In this document: positions 58,334 to 64,000 of the stretch, in pieces
Position numbering within the stretch: the first letter of the stretch is position 1
Layout: every line of letters starts with the position of its first letter
From: Pseudomonadota bacterium
Lineage (GTDB): Archaea; Thermoplasmatota; SW-10-69-26; JACQPN01; JAJPHT01
DNA length: 64,000 bases
Assembly: GCA_021325135.1 (NCBI GenBank)
Contig: JAJPHT010000004.1
Coordinates: 18,527-82,526 of the forward strand
Reading direction: 5' to 3'
Notes under the pieces: generated by a model
Seen by the model: the letters and a program-made list of their open reading frames with translations, nothing else
Told to the model about the DNA's origin: nothing
The model's database searches: none
Translations under genes and position numbers: made by a program

Positions 58334-58492
58334 GGGGCGGTTGGGGTTCCCGTCTTTTTTTCTCTTGTCTTTCCAGGGGCTCCGCCCCGGGGAGACCCGA
58401 ATCTCCGAATCACGAGGGGATTCATGGGCGGAGCCCGGGGGTGGTGGCAAAGCGGCCGCAAGCGCCTTGCAGGGGGCCGCGAAGGGTCCGGC

Positions 58493-58624
58493 ATGGTCAT
58501 CCGGCACGAAGCGAGCGAGTGGGTGCTCTACAGCCACGACGGGAAGAAGGTGCTCGGCCGCCACGCGACGAAGACGGAGGCCGAGGCCCATGAGAGGGCC
58601 ATTCAGGTGCACAAGCGCGGCTGA
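58493..58624 (+). CDS. Small basic protein (43 aa)
   Basis: MVIRHEASEWVLYSHDGKKVLGRHATKTEAEAHERAIQVHKRG; beta-hairpin plus helix pattern. Confidence 0.55.
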   Translation: MVIRHEASEWVLYSHDGKKVLGRHATKTEAEAHERAIQVHKRG

Positions 58625-58633
58625 AGGGGCCCC

Positions 58634-60247
58634 TCAGCCGTAGGGGAACGGCGGTGCGGGCGGGGCGGGGTCGCTGGCGTCGAAGCGCAGGGTGTAGAGG
58701 CCCGTCGTGTCCTCGTTCACCACGAGGGTCCCGTCGGGGAGCGCGTCCACCTGCTCGTCGAAGGGCAGGGTGTCCGTCTTCTCGGGCATGACGGGGCCGG
58801 GGATCGCGGGGAGGAAGACGCCGATGCTCGGGGGCGACTTGAGGAGCGAGGCGTTGCTCACGTCCGCGGCCCAGATGCCGGCATGATAGTCGCTGATGAA
58901 GAGGGTGCGGTTCACCAGCGCGAGGTAGTGGGGGCTGGCCTGGTACTCCACGGTCCAGACGCCGGTGTCCTCGGGGAGGTGCCACTCGCCCACCATCTTC
59001 AGCGACGCGACGTCGGTGTCGTCCAGGACGAACACCTGGCCGCCGGGCGTCTTGGTGTCGGTCTTCATGGGGCACTCCTGGCCCGCGAAGAGGTAGTGAT
59101 GGCCGTCCCAGAGCGTCGGCGCGGGGAGCACCTCGTGGACCGCGCTGTGATAGCAGGGTCCATCGCCGTTGGGGTTCACGCCGAAGGGGTGCGGTGGCGT
59201 CCACTGGGCGACGAGCTGCGGCATCTGCGGGTCGCTCATGTCGAGGACGAGCACGCCGCCCTCCCAGTCCGCGACGTAGGCGTAGGTCTTGCCGTCCTTG
59301 GGGTGCTTCATCACGGCGACGTCGGTGTGGCCGTTGCGCACGGGGACCGTGGCGTTGCCGTCGGGGCCCATGCTGGCGGGCGGCGTGAAGTAGGTGGACA
59401 TGCGCACGAGCTTGGCGCCCAGCGGCGTGTCCTCGATCTGGTCGAAGGCGAAGTAGCCCAGCGCGTGGACGCTGGTGGAGACGGGGGAGCCGGGCGGGCG
59501 CGGGGGGCCGCCAAGCTCGGAGCCGATGACCCACGTCACGTTGTCGACGCGGGCCGTGCTGACGCTGTGCAGGTTGCGCTCGGGCATGGGGTCCCAGTCG
59601 GCGAACTGCGGGTGCGCGGGGTCGCTCACGTCGATGAGGACGATGCCCGGCGCGAGCACGGCCTCCTCGGGGAGCGCGAAGCGCGTGGTCGCCTTGTCCG
59701 CGCAGAGGCTCCGGAAGCCCACCTCGGGCAGGTCGAGGGAGGCCACGGGCGTGCGCGTCTGCTGGTCGAAGGCGAGCACGACGTACTTGCCGTCGGGCGT
59801 GATGTCCGCGTCGTAGGAGCCCATCCCCTTGGCGTAGAACTCGCCCACCTTCTGCGGGTGCGCCGGGTCGGTCACGTCCACGAGCGCGAAGGTGAGGTCG
59901 TTCTGGAAGGCGTTCACGACGTCCAGCACGCGCCCGTCCGCGCGCTGCGCCCAGCCGCCGCAGCCGTAGCCGTAGGCAGGCTTGCCGCCGTAGTGGTCCG
60001 TGAGCAGCGGATCGTGCCCCAGCACGTGGAAGTTGGGCGTCGAGACGTTCTGGTGCTGCGCGATGTCGTGGTGGTCGTGCCCCTCATCGTGCTCCAGCGC
60101 CTTGGCGTACCAGTCCTGCGGCAGGCCCGCGGAGGGCGTCGACACCGTCTGGACCGAGCCGGCGGGCGCGCCGAGGCATCCGGCCAGCACGGCGGGCGCG
60201 GCGACGAGGAGGGCGATGGCGAGGACCCTGCGGGAGACGGGGAGCAC
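58634..60247 (-). CDS. LVIVD-repeat beta-propeller lipoprotein
   Basis: Lipobox LAGC; LVDVTDP, LIDVSDP, VLDMSDP repeats. Confidence 0.85.
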   Translation of the reverse strand: MLPVSRRVLAIALLVAAPAVLAGCLGAPAGSVQTVSTPSAGLPQDWYAKALEHDEGHDHHDIAQHQNVSTPNFHVLGHDPLLTDHYGGKPAYGYGCGGWAQRADGRVLDVVNAFQNDLTFALVDVTDPAHPQKVGEFYAKGMGSYDADITPDGKYVVLAFDQQTRTPVASLDLPEVGFRSLCADKATTRFALPEEAVLAPGIVLIDVSDPAHPQFADWDPMPERNLHSVSTARVDNVTWVIGSELGGPPRPPGSPVSTSVHALGYFAFDQIEDTPLGAKLVRMSTYFTPPASMGPDGNATVPVRNGHTDVAVMKHPKDGKTYAYVADWEGGVLVLDMSDPQMPQLVAQWTPPHPFGVNPNGDGPCYHSAVHEVLPAPTLWDGHHYLFAGQECPMKTDTKTPGGQVFVLDDTDVASLKMVGEWHLPEDTGVWTVEYQASPHYLALVNRTLFISDYHAGIWAADVSNASLLKSPPSIGVFLPAIPGPVMPEKTDTLPFDEQVDALPDGTLVVNEDTTGLYTLRFDASDPAPPAPPFPYG

Positions 60248-60348
60248 GGGGGCAGCCTCGGCCGCGAGCACCCGAGGGAGGTCTTAACCGTTCTTGCAGA
60301 CCCTTTCCTCCGGAGGCCTGATGCGGCCCGGGAGCCTCCGCGTCCCCC

Positions 60349-61143
60349 ATGCGTGAGAGCGCGGGACCCCTCGGGCTCGAGGGGCAGGTCGTCATCGTCA
60401 CCGGCGGCACGGGGGGCATCGGACGCGCGTGCGCCGACGCCCTCGCCCGCCAAGGTGCCCGCGTCGTCGTCACCAGCCGCCGCCAGGAGCACGTCGCGAA
60501 GACCGCCGAGGAGCTGCGCCAGGCGCACGGCGTCGAGGCCCTGGGCGTCGCGGCCGACGTCACCCGCATGGAGGACGCGCTGCGCGTCGTCGACGAGGCC
60601 CACCGCTGGGGCGGCCGCGTCGACGCCGTCGCCAACATCGCCGGCTACCCCTTCTCCCGCGAGATGTGGGACACGCCCCTCCACAGCGTGAGCCCCGAGA
60701 ACGTCACGCGCTGGTTCGAGGAGGTCTGGCACGCCGACTTCCTCGGCGGCGTCCACACCACCCGCGCCGCGCTGCCCCACATGATGCGCCAGAAGCGCGG
60801 CGCCCTCGTCTTCACCAGCAGCACGCCCGCCATCACCGGCTACCGCGGCGCGCCCTACACCAGCGCCAAGGCCGCCATCCTCGGCTTCATGCGCGACATC
60901 GTCGTGGAGTACGGCCCCCACGGCATCCGCGCCAACGCCATCGCCCCCGGCAACATCCGCACGCCCGCCACGTACGAGAGCATGACCGAGGACGAGCGCT
61001 CCGCCGCCGCGGCCGAGGCGCCCCTCCAGCGCTGGGGCGAGCCGGAGGAGGTCGCCAACGCCGTCGCGTTCCTCCTGAGCGACCTCGCCAGCTTCGTCAC
61101 CGGCCAGGTGCTCGTCGTGGACGGCGGCACCGTCAGGCGCTGA
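60349..61143 (+). CDS. Short-chain dehydrogenase/reductase
   Basis: TGGTGGIG, YTSAK, NAIAPG, VDGG. Confidence 0.94.
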   Translation: MRESAGPLGLEGQVVIVTGGTGGIGRACADALARQGARVVVTSRRQEHVAKTAEELRQAHGVEALGVAADVTRMEDALRVVDEAHRWGGRVDAVANIAGYPFSREMWDTPLHSVSPENVTRWFEEVWHADFLGGVHTTRAALPHMMRQKRGALVFTSSTPAITGYRGAPYTSAKAAILGFMRDIVVEYGPHGIRANAIAPGNIRTPATYESMTEDERSAAAAEAPLQRWGEPEEVANAVAFLLSDLASFVTGQVLVVDGGTVRR

Positions 61144-61212
61144 CCCCAGGACGCGTCCGGCGCGCCGGGAGTCCTGGCCCCTCAAATACGTCCTCCGGGC
61201 AGAAGGGGGAGC

Positions 61213-61617
61213 ATGGCGGCGCCGCGGATCCTGGTCGTGGAAGACGAACGAGTCCTGGCGGAAGGGCTCCGCTACCTCCTGGAGACCCAGATGCCCGGAG
61301 CGAAGGTCGACGTCGCGACGAGCGCCCACGAAGCGCTGGAGACCTTGCGCGCCGAGGCCGCCCGCGGACGCCCCTTCGATCTCGTCATCACCGATGAGCG
61401 CATGCCCCGCATGAGCGGCGTCCAGCTCCTCGCGCAGCTCCACGAGATCGCCCCTGGCGCCTCGGGCATGATGTTCACCGCCTACCCCGAGACCGTGGAG
61501 CGCGCGATGAAGGAAGGGCGCGCCGTGGCCGTCGTCATCAAGCCCGACTTCTCCACGCTCCTGGGCACGACGCGGGCGCTCCTCACCGCGCGTGCCGGAA
61601 AGGGCTCCGCCGCCTGA
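61213..61617 (+). CDS. Stand-alone response regulator receiver (CheY-like)
   Basis: ILVVEDE, VITDERMP, MFTA, KP. Confidence 0.92.
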   Translation: MAAPRILVVEDERVLAEGLRYLLETQMPGAKVDVATSAHEALETLRAEAARGRPFDLVITDERMPRMSGVQLLAQLHEIAPGASGMMFTAYPETVERAMKEGRAVAVVIKPDFSTLLGTTRALLTARAGKGSAA

Positions 61618-61628
61618 GGCCTCGCGCT

Positions 61629-61772
61629 TCAACGGTCCAGGAGCGCCGCGCCCACGCCGAGGACGCCGAACGCAAGCGCGTCCCAGGCATCGCCCAGCAT
61701 CGCCAGGAGGACCGCGACGGTGCCCAGCACGATGAGGGCCGTGTGAAGCAGGGGGAGGACGGCGGGGTCCAC
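61629..61772 (-). CDS. Possible small 2-TM membrane protein
   Basis: Hydrophobic 47-aa ORF; start uncertain. Confidence 0.35.
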   Translation of the reverse strand: MDPAVLPLLHTALIVLGTVAVLLAMLGDAWDALAFGVLGVGAALLDR

Positions 61773-61909
61773 GAGGGCATGGTTTGGCCTTCCGGGTGCG
61801 TCAAGGTTCGCAGATTCCGCAGGAAGATCGGATACGGGGCCCCCTCGACCGGCAGGGTGAAATCGCGCCAGCCGGGGCGGTCCTTCGGGGCCGCCCCGCG
61901 GCTTGTTTC

Positions 61910-63019
61910 TCACCCGCAGCCCGGCAGCGCGATGGGCTCCAGGCCCGCCTGCCCGGCGTACCCCAGGTGGGCGAGCCCGTGGAGGTCCTCCAGCGTGCGC
62001 AGGAGCGAGTAGTGGTTGTGGGGCGTGTCGTCGACGCCCGGCGCGAGGCAGGGCGCGAGGAGCACCGCGCCGACGCGGCCGCCGCCGGGGCCTGCGAGGC
62101 CCGGCGCGGGCGTGTTGAAGCCGGCCGGCTCGTTGCAGCACGCGGTGGCGTCGCTCACGCCGGCCTCGTCGAAGTTGATCACCAGGAGCCCGTCCTGCTG
62201 GTAGGCGGGCGAGGCGACGATGCGCGGGACCCACTCGCGAAGGAACGCCTCGATGCCCGCGTAGCCGCCGGGGCGCGAGGCGTTGGCGCAAACCGCGTCG
62301 TGGCCATCGCTGCACACGTCGGGCGTGATGAACGCGAGGCTGGGCGTCGTGGCCACGCTCTGGAGGTCGGTGGCGAGGAGGCCGAGGTCGACCACGTGCT
62401 GCGAGCAGGAGGCCTCGTCGTCGATGACGCTGTGGAAGTAGACGAACGGCTCGTGGCGCGTCGCGTACTGGTCGCTCGCGCTCTCGCCCTGCCACGTGTC
62501 CTGGGAGCCCAGCGGCTGGTGGCGGCACGAGGTGGGCGCGCTCCCAGGCGAGGCCGCCATGCTCTCCGCGTAGGCGCGCCACGGGAGGCCCGCGGCCTGC
62601 ATCTGGTCGCCGATGGTCTTGACGCCCGCGGGGTAGACGCACCCCTGCCCGATGGCCTGGCCGTCGGTGGGGCCCGCCGCCAGGGGCGACGCGACGCCGA
62701 CGAACTCGCCGTACACGGGGCAGTCGCCCTGCGTCTGGGGATTCGGCGCCTGGCCGCTCACCATGGAGACGTAGTTGTCCAGGCTCGCGTGGCCCGTGCC
62801 GTAGTACTGCGTGAGCAGCCGGCCCATGCTGGGGAGCGTGTGGGCCAGGTAGGGCGAGCCGGGGCTCGCGCCGAAGCTGTTGTCGTACCCTTCGTTCTCC
62901 AGCACGATGACGAAGACGTGGCCGATGCGCGGCGCCGCCGGCGGCGCGCCCGCGGCGGGGAGCGCGAAGGCGGGGAGGGCCACGAGAAGAGCGAGAAGAA
63001 GAAGGATTTTGCGGGGCAT
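61910..63019 (-). CDS. Secreted phosphoesterase (acid phosphatase/phospholipase C family)
   Basis: HVFVIVLEN, SLDNY, RHEPF, DGHD, FDE, NHYSLLRT; downstream of pstS. Confidence 0.9.
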   Translation of the reverse strand: MPRKILLLLALLVALPAFALPAAGAPPAAPRIGHVFVIVLENEGYDNSFGASPGSPYLAHTLPSMGRLLTQYYGTGHASLDNYVSMVSGQAPNPQTQGDCPVYGEFVGVASPLAAGPTDGQAIGQGCVYPAGVKTIGDQMQAAGLPWRAYAESMAASPGSAPTSCRHQPLGSQDTWQGESASDQYATRHEPFVYFHSVIDDEASCSQHVVDLGLLATDLQSVATTPSLAFITPDVCSDGHDAVCANASRPGGYAGIEAFLREWVPRIVASPAYQQDGLLVINFDEAGVSDATACCNEPAGFNTPAPGLAGPGGGRVGAVLLAPCLAPGVDDTPHNHYSLLRTLEDLHGLAHLGYAGQAGLEPIALPGCG

Positions 63020-63099
63020 CGCCGCGCCCAGCGATGCAGCCCGCGATGACGGCTTCGGAGGGAGTCCTCGGCGCGCTCCGGAGCCCTCGGAAGCTCGCC

Positions 63100-64000
63100 T
63101 CAGCGCAGGGGCTGGCCGTTGGCGTCCATGGCGTTGATGAACGTCTCCTCCTTCTGGACGACGCTGGCCGGGATGGGCACGTAGTTGAGCCCGGCGTTGA
63201 GCTGCTGGCCCTCGTGCACGGCGTACCACAGGAACGCCGCGACGGCCTTGCCCTTGGCGGCGTCGGCCTGGTGCTGGTGGACCAGGAGCCACGAGACGAG
63301 GCTGATGGGGTAGCAGCCGTCGCAGCCCTGGTTGGTCACGCTGCCGCGGAGCTTCGCGTCGAAGGCGCCGGCCGCGACGGCGGTGTCGACGGCCTTGGCG
63401 ACGGCGTCGGCGGTGGGGCCCTCGAAGTTGCCGGCGGAGTTCTTGATGAGGGCCGTCTGGACCTTGCTGATGTTGGCCCACTCGGCGCCCAGGTAGCCCA
63501 CGCTGTAGGGGAGCTGCTGGACCTGGCTGCCCACGCCGTTGTTGCCCGCGGCGCCGGTGCCCACGGGCCAGTTGACGGTGCTGCCCTTGCCGATCGCGGC
63601 GGCCCACGCGGGGCTGACCTTCACGAGGTAGTCGGTGAAGGTGCTCGTCGTGCCGCTGCCGTCGCTGCGGTGGACGATGCTGATGTCCTGGGCGGGCAGG
63701 CTGACGCCGGGGTTGAGCGCCTGGAGCGCAGGGTCGTTCCACTTGGTGATGTTGCCCATGAACATCTTGGCGATGGCGTCACCGTCGAGCTTCAGGGGCG
63801 TGGAGCCCAGCTCGGGGACGTTGTAGGCGATGGTGACGGCGCCCGCGGCGGCGGGGAGCTCGATGACGTCGGTGGCGTTGGCCAGCTCCGCGTCGCTCAT
63901 GGGCGCGTCGCTGCCCGCGAAGTCCACGAGGTTCTTGGTGATGTCGCCGCGGCCCTTGCCCGAGCCGCCGCCGGTGTAGGAGATCGTCACTCCGGAGTTC
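63100..64000 (-). CDS. pstS: Phosphate ABC transporter substrate-binding protein (5' end outside the window)
   Basis: GSGKG, DFAGSD, HRSDGSGTT, YPI. Confidence 0.95.
   Translation of the reverse strand, partial: NSGVTISYTGGGSGKGRGDITKNLVDFAGSDAPMSDAELANATDVIELPAAAGAVTIAYNVPELGSTPLKLDGDAIAKMFMGNITKWNDPALQALNPGVSLPAQDISIVHRSDGSGTTSTFTDYLVKVSPAWAAAIGKGSTVNWPVGTGAAGNNGVGSQVQQLPYSVGYLGAEWANISKVQTALIKNSAGNFEGPTADAVAKAVDTAVAAGAFDAKLRGSVTNQGCDGCYPISLVSWLLVHQHQADAAKGKAVAAFLWYAVHEGQQLNAGLNYVPIPASVVQKEETFINAMDANGQPLR

Noticed and set aside
1-64000. rRNA, tRNA, transposase, integrase or provirus genes
   Set aside because: None recognised by eye; tRNAscan-SE and HMM searches would be needed to exclude them formally

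Overview
Very GC-rich, densely coding chromosomal segment, most likely archaeal and Thermoplasmatota-like. That call rests on an archaeal HMG-CoA synthase/thiolase/DUF35 cluster, an MptA-type GTP cyclohydrolase, a COG1709-type regulator, a PGF-CTERM-like sorting tail and TATA-like boxes about 25 bp upstream of several starts; the taxonomy is inference. Housekeeping content: mevalonate entry enzymes, queC, RNase HIII, hutU/hutG/hutI, exonuclease plus ATP-dependent ligase, YcaQ-type glycosylase, Mrp/ApbC, methylmalonyl-CoA mutase, panE, pstS, ABC/MFS transporters and many lipoproteins and secreted proteins. The standout is a compact RiPP locus at 45.8-49.1 kb. It has a translationally coupled APH-type kinase, HopA1-like lyase and stand-alone LanC cyclase with a CCG motif (class V-like split lanthipeptide synthetase). 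Next to it are two homologous ~40-aa precursor genes missing from the ORF track as stand-alone genes. They are convergent and share the core TGCYFG[T/S]xCF[L/T]YSL. Other notable items: a candidate ~150-nt structured ncRNA, a Cys-less thiolase beside HMG-CoA synthase, a tandem duplication with a readable microhomology junction, a REP/REPIN-like repeat family and a bacterial-type PlsC. No rRNA, tRNA, CRISPR array or transposase was recognised. Gene starts are my best estimates.
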